Below are positions 25,686-38,359 of a stretch of 64,000 bases of DNA, in pieces; the stretch's first letter is position 1; each line of letters begins with the position of its first letter. The stretch is from positions 4,402,001 through 4,466,000 of the forward strand of contig OX597824.1 in the NCBI GenBank assembly GCA_951406725.2, read 5' to 3'. The notes beneath the pieces are model-generated. The model was not told the origin of the DNA. It saw only the letters and a list, made by a program, of their open reading frames with translations, and did no database searches. The DNA is from Octopus vulgaris. Lineage: Eukaryota. The position numbers and the translations under genes are program-made.

Positions 25686-26095
25686 TACTAGCTGGTGCAC
25701 CCAGTAATTCCCGGGGGTAAAGATGTTCTATTGAAACGCCTTTTTACTCTGATAAAAGAAAGCAATTTCCTAATAACTGCCACAAAAGGTGTATTTTCCA
25801 TCACGAAAAAGTACAAAAGCTGTTGGCTGGAGGTGGGAGACATTGTTGGAGGTTGGCAAGAGAGGTTTTTGGAGGTTGACGATAGGCTAAGACATTATTC
25901 TGCTTAGCAAAGGCATCTGGGAAATGTATAACTGCTGTCATTCACTAGTGAGAAAAGCGCTGTTGAAATATTGAGTTAAATTTGGCAATCGAGGATCAAA
26001 TCCACGCTATGCCTCCATGAAGCCACTACAAATATGTTGTGGAATAAAAAATTTATCTACTGTCATGGAAAAAGTGTAGCATTGATGTAAGTCTT
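25686..26095 (+). mobile_element. Helentron/HINE-like non-autonomous element
   Basis: Begins tACTAGctggtgcACCCagtaattcCCGGG, the typical ACTAG plus subterminal hairpin start. The 3' boundary is uncertain. Confidence 0.45.
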
Positions 26096-26696
26096 TCTGT
26101 GATTCTGGAGAAAATAACAAGAAAGAATTCCAATGTCTACATTAGTGAAAACTATGATAACACTTTGCCTAGAAATGTACTTGCCAAGCATCTGCCATAG
26201 TTTGGCACTATGTATTTACACGCACGCACATACCCACTTGTTCATTCAGTCATTCATTGTAGGCCCGTTTTTGTATGTTAGCATTGGTCAGACAAATAAC
26301 TATCATTGAGATATTATTTTGCAGTTGGATGCCCCACATGCCACTAAACCTTATCTCTTTTCAAGTAAAATAAGATGTTTATATTTATTCCACTTATGTT
26401 CAAATGCACAGAAGTACAGGCCAATTTATTAACTGATTAACAAGAAAATGTCAACAGAATGTCACACACATTCATATATTTATTATTAACACATTAATGA
26501 TTGCAATTAAGAGTCTTTTGATTCTTTGATCAGATGTTTTCATTTGCACCTTTAGTGCAAAAGAGCCTAGGCTATATATTATTTAATTATTCTTTCCATT
26601 TACGAAAGGCTAATTTCATATGAAACCATTCAGCAACATTTTGGCAGCAAATGGTGTTTAATTTACAATATTGTATTGATAATACACCCTCTCTAC

Positions 26697-26910
26697 AAGG
26701 CGGCAAGCTGGCAGAAACATTAGCACACTGGCCAAAATGCTTATCAGTATTTCATCTGCCTTTACGTTCTGAGTTCAAATTCCGCCAAGGTTGACTTTGC
26801 CTTTCATCTTTTCAAGGTCGATAACTTAATTACCAGTTGCATACTGGGGTCAACCTAATCGACTGGCCACCCCCTCCCCAAAAAGAATTGTGTTTAGAGT
26901 AGAAAAGAAT
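26697..26910 (+). mobile_element. SINE family B, full length with TSD
   Basis: ggcggcaagctggcagaa head, gagttcaaattcc B-box, and direct repeat aata(c/t)accctctc at 26681-26693 and 26908-26920. Confidence 0.9.
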
Positions 26911-27199
26911 ATACCCTCTCCATTGCTTTATAATAAATGTGTCCTTTTTCTCCTCTTTCACTTATGAGCCTTCTTCATACAATTATATATGAATATATAC
27001 AAGCACACAGGCATACTTGCACAGAGTGGAGGATTCACTGTTGCCACTCAGAGACTTGGGTTCCAATGCAATCATTTGGGCAACAAAAATGAATCTCTTG
27101 AGTAGAGATGGAACACATCACCAATCTCATTCACTGCAACATGTATCAAGTACTCTTTCTCATTTGTTAAACCAGACAAACTTATGCACAGACATATTT

Positions 27200-28042
27200 A
27201 TGTGTATCAACTTTATTTTTTCCTGCCAAAGCCAATGTCATGCAGGAGGTGATGCCACCTTTTCTATTCATCCATGAAAATATTCATGCCATTAGGCCTT
27301 TGCCAGCTCACAGCTGTTACACCTAAACTACAGACATGTAGTGCATGCTTGTTGGATATTCATTTTCATGTAAGATGGCCAAACACATCATCAAGCAGAG
27401 ACCATAAACCCATGTTTCATCACCAGGCTTTGTGATGGTTTTCATAAAGCCTGGACCATGGCTTGCAAAGTCTGGCATGTCCTGAGTGATTTTCCTGTGG
27501 GGTTCCTTCTGCTGTTTGATGATGAATTCCACTGAAACTCTCCACAGGCACAAACCTCTATTAAAATGGAATTCACTGATCTGCAACTTAATCCCACTCC
27601 ATGAACGATTTCCTGGATTGTTACACAATGGTCTCAATCAGCTCCTTGTTTCATCTTGCAAATGGCCTGCCTGAGCATGCTTTGCTCTGTCTCCACTGAG
27701 GTGCAGGCATGTTTGAAGTGGTTGTACCACTCCTTGATCTGAGTTTTACCCATGGCACCATCACCAAATGCCTGCTCAGTCTTCTGGATGGTTTGAGCCT
27801 GAGAATCACCATGCTTTAGGCAAAACTCAAAGCAATGTCTCAGCTCAATGCATTCAGTGAAAATGAAAATCTGCTGAGCAAGCACTACATGTCTGTGCTT
27901 TAGGCATAAACAACTTGGAACTGATGCAGCCAAACAGTGTGAAAGTTTTCCCACATGCACAGGAAGGGCAGTGTCATCTCCCACCTAAAGGAATTTTCCC
28001 ATGCAGCTTTAGTTTTGGTTGGAAAATATAAAGTCGGATATT
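27200..28042 (-). mobile_element. Second mariner derivative with long inverted ends
   Basis: Minus strand gives IELRHCFEFCLKHGDSQAQTIQK..QAFGDGAMGKTQIKEWYNHFK and FMKTITKPGDETWVYG (first catalytic D). The segment cctaaa..acagacatgtagtgc..gct.....gat.ttcattttca occurs inverted at both ends. Confidence 0.82.
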
Positions 28043-28402
28043 TTTTAAACACACTTCCTGTATCATCATTATCTAACATGTTTTCCATGCTGGCATGGGT
28101 TGGACAGTTTGGCAGGAGCTGGTGAGCCAGAAAACTGTGCCAAACCCTTTTGTCTGCTTTGGCATGGTTTCTGCTGATGGATGCCCTTCCTAACACCAAC
28201 CGTTTTACAGAGTGTAGTGGGTGTTTTTTAAGTGGCAACAGCACCAAAGGGGTCACCAAGTAACTTGCAAGACAAAGATCCCTTGACTGGGAGAGAAAGT
28301 TGTATTGAGGGAGGTGGCTTTGTGCCAGCAGATGAGAGGCTAAAGTATAAGAGAAGGGTCAAGACAGGTGTCTTGCTGTGGAGGTGATACATGACGACCC
28401 CA
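28043..28402 (-). mobile_element. Non-autonomous retroposon with family C (RTE) tail
   Basis: ttttccatgctggcatgggttggacag and ggatgcccttcctaacaccaacc cores, with a different 5' extension from the other copies. Confidence 0.75.
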
Positions 28403-28687
28403 ATTGGAAAAGAAAGGATAGAAAAAGAGACAGATTTGATAGAATAAAACAAAATTCATCAAAGACTAATTTTGGATAATTTAAGTTCACAAATGTCGTT
28501 AAGTAATATTAAATTTGTTTCTCTAATTACACAGTATTAATTAACTGTACATATAAGATTATAGAATTTCATTAAATACACTGTTATAGAATATCATGAT
28601 AAAAGGTTTTAATAACATGTGAACTGGATGGGGTTGTGTACAGGTACATATCCTCCTTTTGCTGCTCCCTTACTGGATACCCTGCTT

Positions 28688-28918
28688 TTAACCCATTACC
28701 ATTTACATCAACTATATCTGGCCCAAATTTTCTACATGCTTTGTGCTCAAACTGGCCTGATCTGGCCTGTCATGCCTACCCTGCAGTGTCATTTTGAAAA
28801 TAAATAAATCGCACCATCGAAATCTCAAAGTTGTGAAATAAATGTATGATTAATTGAGAACAATGTGAAGAAATAAGGATTACATTTGACAGAGTCACCT
28901 GAATGCCAAAGGGGTCAA
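28688..28918. mobile_element. piggyBac-type MITE
   Basis: TTAA-CCCattaccatt ... aatgccaaagGGG-TCAA ends. Confidence 0.6.
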
Positions 28919-29846
28919 TTGTAAACTTGTGCCCATGCAACGTTACCTCTTTGATGGTCCTTGCATCATTTGATGCTGCCATTAACTATTGTTCTTTTTA
29001 TTAGAATCATCAACATCATTTCACATCTGCTTTTCTACGCTGGGCTGGCATGGGCTGGGCAGGTTCTCTGAGGCAGTGGATACCCTTTCTGTTGCCTGCC
29101 CCTTTTGGTCACAACAAAACATATAGGGACACAATCTACTTCTAAAACCAAACTACAGACAGCTATTCTTTTCTTTTTTTTTTTAAAGATGATGGCATTA
29201 AAGAATAACATATTTTCCTAATACATTTCTAGTTTTCTAGGCTAACCGGTGTACACGATTGTACATTTACAAGTATGATGAAGCCTGTGCTTCACTGAGT
29301 GGTTTAAGAAAACTGAAACACATCCAAAGTTGTCTTTTAGAAAAGAACTATAGAAATAATTTGCTGAAAAATTGTTTCTTCCTTACCACAGAATTTTTTC
29401 TAGTTGCCTTTTTGCTGCAAACTACATTAAATGTATTAGCACTAACTTTAAGTTACAGTAACTCTGGCTAGGAAACTGTGACTTCATGTATATAGAGTTG
29501 GAAACATTCTAACTGAAATAAGTTATCAAGTGAATTGCACAGAAAAGCTCTTTTTGTATTAAATTCATTGACATTTTATTATATCACTTTTTATACATTT
29601 TAAAAATATAGAATTCAATTTATTTATTGTATTATAACATTTTTTTGTAATAACAATTTATAATAACAAAGCTTTTTTTTTTATGAGAGAGGATAATGAA
29701 TGTGTAGGACAGTTTATCATAGTTTCTTTGTATTTTTCTACATCATTTTATTTCTGTATAAGTTCAAAATCTATGTACAATATAATTTTTGTTTCTATTT
29801 CTGTTGCCTTCATCTTCAATATACTATCTTTACAGATGTACCAAAA

Positions 29847-30097
29847 TGTACAGGTCTCTCTTATCGAAAACCCGTGATTAGCGTGCGTTGACAAGAGACA
29901 ATAATCTCAAAACTGCAGTCCATGCGTATCACTTAGGTTTTCGAGAGGGGATGACCTCTCTTTGCGAATATCATTAAAGGGCACAAGATTGTGTCTAAAG
30001 CCAGCTGGAGACGATGATCTCCTGGGGCTTAAAAGCTACAGTAACAACCCCAACCCCTAGTGGTTAGCCATATTAAGATGGCTAGTATACTTTACGT
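29847..30097 (+). ncRNA. Unclassified multi-hairpin element, copy 2, between 10-bp direct repeats
   Basis: tgtaccaaaa at 29837-29846 and 30098-30107. Stems: tcgaaaacc/ggttttcga, gagagg/cctctc, ggcaca/tgtgtc, ggaga/tctcc, tagccat/atggcta. Shares cca.ctggagacgatg.tctcctggggct with 6986-7013. Confidence 0.5.
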
Positions 30098-30454
30098 TGT
30101 ACCAAAACTATTCTACATTTAAATTATACTTGCAAACACTATGCTGGTTTTGGTAATTGAAGTTTGGTCACACTGAGGCAGTGGCTCCAAAAACTACAGA
30201 CAACTACATTGACTCCAGTTCTTTGTCTGGTTCTTATTTCATTGACCTCGGCAGAAAGAAAAGCAAAATCCAACTAGGAATAAAGGGGTGGGGTTGGGCG
30301 GTAAACAGAATGTAAAAGGTTAAAACCAAACATCACAGTTTTTGTTTTTTTGCACCAAATCTGTCATCCATTGCCTACACACACACACACACACACACGT
30401 GTGTGTGTGTGTGACTTAGTTTACAGCATAACTATGCAGTATGATGTATATATT

Positions 30455-30655
30455 GGTGTGTCTGTCCCCCGACTATTGTTTGACAACCGATGTTGGTGTG
30501 TTTACGTCCCCCGTAACTTAACAGTTCAGCAAAAGACAACAAAAGAATAAGTACTAGGCTTACAAAGAATAAATCCTGGGGTTAATTTGTTTGACTAAAT
30601 GTGGTGCTCCAGCATGGCCACAGTCAAATAACCAAAACAAGTAAAAGAATAAGAG
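30455..30655 (+). mobile_element. SINE family A, 3' half
   Basis: tgacaaccgatgttggtgtgtttacgtcccccgtaactta...tgctccagcatggccacagtc. Confidence 0.85.
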
Positions 30656-31254
30656 GATAGAGCACTGGTTTTTAACCATTTACTTCCTCACTTCATTACA
30701 CTGTTGAACAAATTCTAGCTCTTACCCAGAAGCATTTTTTTTAAAAATCTAGTTTCAGCTCACGAGCTGTGGCCATGCTGGGGCACTGCATTCTTAGCTT
30801 GGTTTGCTTGGGTTTAGTGACATCACACAATGTTTTGTCTTTTAAAACGAACTTTTGTGAAATCATTGCTAATTTATTTCTTCGCTATTAATTGACACAT
30901 TGACACACAAGATTAAAGTGAAGTATAAATTCCTGGAAGTCAAATATGGACAACAATCACTGCTCAAAATAGGGTCTGAATAATGAGATTTAATATTTCT
31001 GTCATGGTTAATTATTTAGAAGCTGTACAGAAGCCAACAGTAAGAATAGCTTGCATAAATTTATAACCCATTATCATACGATTAACTAAAAATGCATTTT
31101 TGAGAAAAAGAAACGGAATAATCAAAGCTTCAGTGTTTTATCACACACATCTTTTTATATTAGGAAAGGAGCTCAGACTTGGAAAGCAATCTATTTATAA
31201 AAGAGGAATAATAAACCGGTGTAATTTATTTCAAACTTTGGCAGTGCCAATGTC

Positions 31255-31845
31255 TTTGTGTATGTGTGTATGTATGTGTTGTGTGTGAGGGTGTGTGCTT
31301 GTTAGTGTATGTATGTGTGTGAATGTGTGTGTGTGTGTGCTTGTTTGTGTATGATTGTGTATGTATGTGTGTGTGTGTTTGAGTGTGTGCGCTTATTTGT
31401 GTGTGACTGTGTATGTGTATGTGCTTGATTGTGTGTGTACCTGTGTGTGTGCATGTGTGTGTATGTGTGTGCTTGTGTATGTGTGTGTACTTGTGTGTAT
31501 GTGTGATTGTGTGTATGTGTGATTGTATGTGTGCTTGTGTGTGCATGTCTGTGTGTATTTGTTTGTGTTTGTGTGTGTGTGTATGTGTGTTTGTGTGTGT
31601 ATGTGCATGTGTGTACTTGTGTGTGTGCCTGTGTGTGTTCATTTGTGTGTGTCTGTGTGTGTGTCTGCTGCATGCTTGTTTGTGTGTGCTAGTATGTGTG
31701 TGTGTATCTAGTGAGTGCTTGTTTGTGTGTGCTAGTGTGTGTGTGTGTGTGTGTGTGCATGTGTGTGCGTCTGTTGCATGCTTGTTTGTGTATGATAGTA
31801 TGTGTGTGTCTGTTGCATACTTGTTTGTGTGTGCTAGTAAGTGAG
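31255..31845. repeat. Cryptic (GT)-rich satellite
   Basis: ~590 bp of interrupted GT with recurring gcttgtttgtgt and gctagt subunits. Confidence 0.92.
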
Positions 31846-32169
31846 AGAGAGAGATTTTAGATATTGCTAATCCCAGTAACTTTCCAAGTGTTGGGTTAAC
31901 AGGGGCCACACAACCTGCAGGAACTACGAACCTCAAATTACACCCAACAACGAGGAAAGGACACACTGCACAATGAAATCCCCACAGATCTACAAAACAG
32001 TAAAAGCAAAGAAAAAAAGCCTCCAACAAAACAGGATGTTTGGGCCAGCTTGAATGCTTGGTCAACAAGAAATAATCTGGGGTCAAACGACAACACCAAC
32101 AAACATGAAGTGAACCTCTGTTGCAGGAGTGGGGCAAACACATTTGGCTTTGTTGAGTAGACCGAATTA

Positions 32170-32355
32170 AAAAGCATAAAAGCACTCACTACACTCTCAG
32201 AGTGGTTGGTGTTAGGAAGGGCATCCAGCTGTAGAAACTCTGCCAGATCAGATTGGAGCCTGGTGCAGCCATCTGGTTCGCCAGACCTCAGTCAAATCGT
32301 CCAACCCATGCTAGCATGGAAAGCGGACATTAAACGATGATGATGATGATGATGA
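32170..32355 (+). mobile_element. RTE LINE 3' tail (family C)
   Basis: gttaggaagggcatccagctgtagaaactctgcc...ccaacccatgctagcatggaaagcggacattaaac(GAT)n. Confidence 0.9.
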
Positions 32356-32456
32356 TTGATCTCATGGCCCATGTAGGGAGAACTATTCCTAAAATCCCTA
32401 TTCATGATGTAAAGAGATAGAGGCGTCAATAGAGATTATAATAACTTTATTAACAA

Positions 32457-32660
32457 TCCTTTCTACTCTAGGCACAAGGCCTGAAATTGTGGGGGAAGGG
32501 GACCCCAGTGTTCAACTGGTACTTATTTTACTGACTCCGGAAAGATGAAAGGCAAAGTCAATCTTGGTGGGATTTGAACTCAGAACATAAAAATGAACAA
32601 AATGAACAAATGCTGCTGAGCATTTTGTCCAGCATGCTAACAGTTCTGCCAGCCTGCCAT
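32457..32660 (-). mobile_element. SINE family B
   Basis: cctttctactctaggcacaaggcctgaaatt tail through ttctgccagc head. Another diverged copy at 33255-33450. Confidence 0.85.
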
Positions 32661-34187
32661 CTTTAGCTTTATCAACAATAGAGGAAAGAACATGAGGTCT
32701 CAGTAAAGTCTGTATGCAGAGAGGCGCAGGATAACCCATCGTAATGGTATTTATACAACCCTGTTAAACAGGAGTGCTTACATAGAGTGCAAATAGCTAG
32801 AGGAATTATCCAAATGAAAGTAAATGGTCTTTAAGACTAATACTTAATAGAAATCTTGCATTGTTTCAGTTGCAAATCTTTCATAATCATTCATATAACA
32901 TGAATAGATAATGCATCAGACTAGATTATTAGACAACTAATGCACATAAATTTTGGCATATATAGATAAAGTGAAGGAGAGATAGGTCACATCTTTTGAT
33001 ATATAGTTCATAAGATTCTTGTTGCTATTTTAGTGTCCTTTGTCTGAAATCTTTCATCACACATCCTGTGACCTCTTCAGAATGGACTAAACAGTCCATT
33101 AGATCCTTTTTCATTTACTGAAAAAATTCCCCTAAAGTATGCTGATGGCACCAGTGTAAATTACTCTAGTCAGGCTCCAACTTTCAGCATCTGCTAGTGA
33201 AATATGCTTTTACAGAATATTTTGAAATTGGAAATAATCCTTAGCTCTAATTTTAGCAGGAAACATGAAATTTGGAGGGGAGGGGGAAATCAATTATTTC
33301 ACTCCAGTGCTCAACAGATACTTATTTTATTAACTCTGAAAGGATAAATGGCAAAGTTGACCTTGACAACAGCAGAGGAACTCAGAACATAAAAAGCCAG
33401 AAGTGCTGCTAAGCATTTTTCCAGGTAAATAATTCTGTCAGCTCACCTCACTCTGTTTCCATCTACCTGTCCAACCATTCTGTTATCTTCATATTCAAAT
33501 ATATTCATACAATCTTACTGCTGTGTGTATGCAAGCATGCATGTGTGGTGAATATTGTAACCTGTGTAATAAGTTTCCTGGTTTCCCTACTCCAAGGTTC
33601 AATTCTTGGTTGTTGCTATTTCGTCTTCTCTGATAATAAATTCTCTGAAAGGTAGGAACTTCCCAACTCTGATCCGATTCCTAATCACTTGTTTATAAAT
33701 TAGCTCTGGTTATGAAAGCTAGAACAATCAATTTTCTCTAACAAATGCATGTGTCAGGTGAAATACACACACACATATACAAGCCCACGTATAAACATGA
33801 ATACGGCTGCATGTACATGTATATATGTTTGTGAATGCATTTTCATATATGCAGCGTGATGCAGCAATGGTTCAATTAACATGAGTGCTCATGTGCTGAT
33901 TAATATGCATGATAAGCAACAAGAAATTCTGCACCACTTCACAGCTGCATCCATAAGTGGCTGCTCCAGTCATCTCGCATCTTGCTGCATCTCTGCATAT
34001 ATGTGTTTCAAAAAAAAAAACACTCAATTGTGTAATCTGTGTAATGCTGTCATGATACAATAATTTATTCAGTTAGATAACAGATGCTATTTGTTGTTGA
34101 AGTTGTTTTTTTGGCCCCAGGTCAGCTCTGTTTGAGCAAACCCAGGATTGAAACCATTCTAGTCCTGACCATTTTGTATTATCAATT

Positions 34188-34598
34188 AGGCGCAGGAGTA
34201 GCTGTGTGGTAAGTAGCTTGCTTACCAACCACATGGTTCCTGGTTCATTCCCACTGCATGGCACCTTGAGCAAGTGTTTTCTACTATAGCCTTGGGCCGA
34301 CCAAAGCCTTGTGAGTGGATTTGATAGACGGAAACTGGAAGAAGCCTGTTGTATATATATGTATATGTATGTGTGTGTGTTTGTGTGTCTGTGTTTGTCC
34401 CCGCAAAATCGTTTGATAACCGATGGTGGTGTGTTTATGTCCCCCGTAACTTAGCGGTTCGGCAAAAGGGCCCGATATAATAAGTACTAGGCTTACAAAG
34501 AATAAGTCCTGGGGTCAATTTGCTCGACTAGAGGCAGTGCTCCAGCATGGCTGCAGTCAAAATGACTGAAACAAGTAAAAGAGTAAAAGAGTAAAGAG
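34188..34598 (+). mobile_element. SINE family A, full length
   Basis: ggcgcaggagtagctgtgtggtaag (A box), ggttcattccc (B box), CORE-like segment, TA/TG tract, 3' domain and (GTAAAAGA)n tail. Confidence 0.92.
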
Positions 34599-35125
34599 TT
34601 TATCTCCAAATACATCATCCAATGTATTCTTCTATTTTAAAAGATGGTAGATAGAGAGCTAAGAGGGATTTGGATGCTATTTCTAGCAGACCAAGAGACA
34701 TCCTAAATGTCTTGTAGTGCTGCTTTATTAATTTTTAAATGAATTCCTTGCTAAAAGCATACAGTGACAATGGATTGCAGGCTAGCTGAGTCTTTGTTAG
34801 CATGTTTGGGTTTGAATTTCATTTATTTCCTTTTACAGACCATCCAACTTGTACACTGCATTTGCAGAAGTAAAGTCAATGATTTGTAGAGGAATGTCTG
34901 TCACTAAGACGACTTTGCCTTGACACATTCGGTGGAGACACAGTAAAGAAGTAACTGTTATAAGATGACCTCAGCCAAACCGTCCAACCCATGCCAGCAT
35001 GGAAAACAGACGTTAAACGATGATGATGATGAAGATGACTGGTTTAATCTATTAACCAATCTATCACTACTAACAAATGGAAATAAGACTTGGTTGAATA
35101 TACATATATATATATATATATATAT

Positions 35126-35370
35126 ACACGATCTGATCAATAAGTATCCAGACTGCCTGTCATGGTAACAAAGCTAAAGTACACAGAGTAAAGCTGCTTG
35201 GCACAGATTGACTTTGAACTCTGCTGTGCAAGTTTTAATGTTCTAGCTCGCTTCCACTGTTAACAGCAGTGCTTGGAAGGAAAATGTGTAGCATTTGATC
35301 GTTACATTGACCATGACAGAGAATGTTGTGGTGGAGACACCTGGTTAAAGGACTACGCAAAATCGCAGAA
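35126..35370 (+). mobile_element. Partial copy of the mariner derivative at 593-1481
   Basis: tctgatcaataagtatccagact...ggcacagattgactttgaactctgctgtgca...cagtgcttggaagg...cattgaccatgacagaga matches its terminal sequence. Confidence 0.85.
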
Positions 35371-35655
35371 GGGTTTGACCAGGGCTGGCAAGCTTGAGAG
35401 CTGCACCAAGCTCCAGTCTGATTTGGCAGTTTCCACAGCTGGATGCCCTCCCTAATACCGATGACTTTACAGAGTGTGGTGGGTGCTTTTACATGGCACC
35501 ACATGAGTGATCCTCCCCTACTGCTAATTTGGTCCCCTGGTGGCAGAAATTATCTATTACTTCCAATGAGTAACCAGGGCATTTGAGGGAATCAATTTCT
35601 CGAGTCTCTAAAGTTTTTATGGATCCTCTGCATCTTCCACATACAAACATTACTT

Positions 35656-35660
<5 letters not shown>
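35371..35660 (-). mobile_element. Internally deleted RTE LINE piece
   Basis: FVCGRCRGSIKT..IDSLKCPGYSLEVIDNFCHQG (LE.V..F.YLG region of RTE RT) is joined directly to a family C 3' UTR. Confidence 0.7.
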
Positions 35661-35703
<43 letters not shown>

Positions 35704-37189
35704 ATTTTTTTTTGTTGTGCGCATGTGTGTAAGTGTGTGTGCATGCACATGCATTGCAATCTTCCATGGAATCCTGTTCAGCCATTGAACTGTTCTTGTT
35801 TGAAGGACGAAAGAAAAATGTTATCTTGTTTAGAAAAGGCAAGGATTGCCATAAGGAAGAGCATTTGGCCCTAGGAAAACTGTGTCAATGAAGTACATCT
35901 GACTCAGGCAAGCATGGAAAAGTAGACACAATGATGATAATGATGATGGTGGTAGTGGTGATGATGATGATGATGATAGTGGTGGTGGTGGTGGTGGTGG
36001 TGGTGGTGGTGGTGGTGGTGGTGGTGGTAGTGATGATGATTTTTCTATTTAAATCCGGTGTCTTCTTCTTACTTAACTCTGTTTAATAACACCCTTATAC
36101 TTTCTATAATTGAAATGCTTCAGTGGTTGGAGTGTAGACGCATCTGTACTTTTAGCCTCCACAGAGTTAAATACTATGAAACATTTATAGTCATTAATTT
36201 CTTTTATAATTCAAAGTGAAACCAACAGAACCCGTCATGAAACGTCTGTCTTTCCTGCCTGGCTCTGCTTCATATTCAACAGGACCCATCAATAGTTAAT
36301 TATCTCCATTAACTTTAGCTGATGCCCATGACATTCTCAAAGGCTTCCAATAACATGCATGATGAAGAATTACAACCGGGAAGGGAATTCTGCTGCCAGC
36401 TGAGTCTATTCTCAGTTTACTCTCTACAGTATTATTGTGTTTGCCTAAATAGTTTACGCATCAATCCAAACCAGTTCAGGCTCAAACCTAAAGGGAAGAA
36501 CTTATCGAACTCTTCTAGGAACTCTCCAAAGAAAAAAAAAGTTTGGCTTTCATCACATCCTACCCAACCTCATCACTTCTACGTCACCTTCTCTTTTTTC
36601 TACAATCCAATTCCACTGATTACCTTTGATTTCTCATCAAACAGTTTATAACATCATTGATTTTTCTTTGAATATGATTAAATTTTGTTGACTTTTTTAA
36701 ACCAATTATTTAAATATTTTACATTATTTTATATTCTACATTACTACTACTACTACTACTACTGCTACTGCTGTTGCTGCTGCTGCTGCTATGACAATGA
36801 CTATTACTACTTATAACAATAATAACCAAAATGAAAATAATACTAATAAATAAACATAATAGGTGAGTTAATTGATGAAGCTAAGCACAGGACCAACAAC
36901 AATTCCTTTCTGAATTCCAATGGGGTGCTTCAGTCCTTTTGGCTGAGGTAAAATCTCCCACAGATTCCCTTTACTTTTCATTCTTCTGGGCCCAATAAAG
37001 TAAAACCCACCCAAGTTACCAGGTTTAACAGAAATTGACTCAGTCTCACCCTCAAAATGCCTCAGAAGCTGTTTACTTTCCAGCATTATTACATGAATGA
37101 ACAATGATTTCTACAACCGACAAGAAAGCTACAACATTAGTATATCTCCCATCTTATTTGATTGTAATGGTTTCATTTTTAATATTAGC

Positions 37190-37253
<64 letters not shown>

Positions 37254-37365
37254 TCTGTCATACTCTTTCCTAATTTTATTCCTTTCTCTATGTTGCATTT
37301 TACTAGTTTCATCTGCTCCCCAGTATTTTCATTTTTGGCCCCAGTTTAATTTTTACATTTCAATG

Positions 37366-37680
37366 TCATCATCATCATTGTTTAACGTCTGCTTTCCATG
37401 CTGGCATGGGTTGGATGGTTTGACTGAAAACTGGTAAGGCCTGGGGAAGGGGCTGCACCAGGTTCCGATCAGATTTGGCAATGTTTCTATGGCTGGATGC
37501 CCTCCCTAATGGCAACCACTCCGAGCATTTAATGGGTGCTTTTTACATGCCACCAGCATGGGTGCCATTGACCTGACACTGGCATCAGTCATGACTACGG
37601 TCTCACTTGGTTTGACAGGTCTACACAAGCACAGCATATCGCCAAAGATCTCGGTCAATTTTAGTCACTTGCCTCTTCGA
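37366..37680 (-). mobile_element. RTE LINE 3' end
   Basis: Family C tail plus the last codons RDLWRYAVL. Confidence 0.85.
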
Positions 37681-38359
37681 AGAGTCGATCTGGTACATTC
37701 CGCTCATCCTTATGTCTGTTGAAATTAAGAACAACTTTTACAATATTTTCCAGTTGAATATTATTACTTATAAATATTTTCAAGTCATCAATATTGAGGA
37801 GATGGATTATGGTTTGTCAACAGCACCTGTACCAAAAGGTGTTTCATTTAAGATTAATGGAATTAGAGATAGACAAAACAAAGAATAAATAATGAAATTC
37901 CCAAGAAGATCACTCCATCCTTTGGGCAGTGGGCTGCTTAATTATATTCTCTTGTTTGTCATTTTATTATAACTGTTGTATTCCATTACTATTGGGGTAA
38001 ATAAATTTATTTACAGTGTCTCCACTACTACTACTACTCTTATTAGTGTCATTTTGAAATATAGTTACTGTTATATTAAAAGTGTGCTGCAATGTACACA
38101 TTGTTCTGTTTGCATGAATATCTTACAAATAAATTGATAATAAGCCAAATTGAATTGAATGTTATGATGTAATCCAGGCCATGTAGTTGAGAAATGTGTT
38201 TCACAATCTGGCAGTTCTGGGTTCAATCTCACTGTGTCACACCTTGGACAACTTTCTGGGTGAGACTGGTTTAATGGGAATTGGGTAGATGGAAATTAGG
38301 GAGATAGAACAAGGCATAAACATTACAGTTTTGAGCATGCTTTCCTCCTCCTCCTCCTC

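Noticed and set aside
31226-32185. 319-aa His/Thr-rich ORF and overlapping Cys/Val ORFs
   Set aside because: Read-through of a GT/CA satellite. The unique part (31860-32170) gave no recognisable motif in any frame.
34188-34262. tRNA-like sequences with A and B boxes (also at 26697 and 25370)
   Set aside because: They continue into repeated SINE bodies and lack a complete cloverleaf, so they are SINE heads, not tRNA genes.
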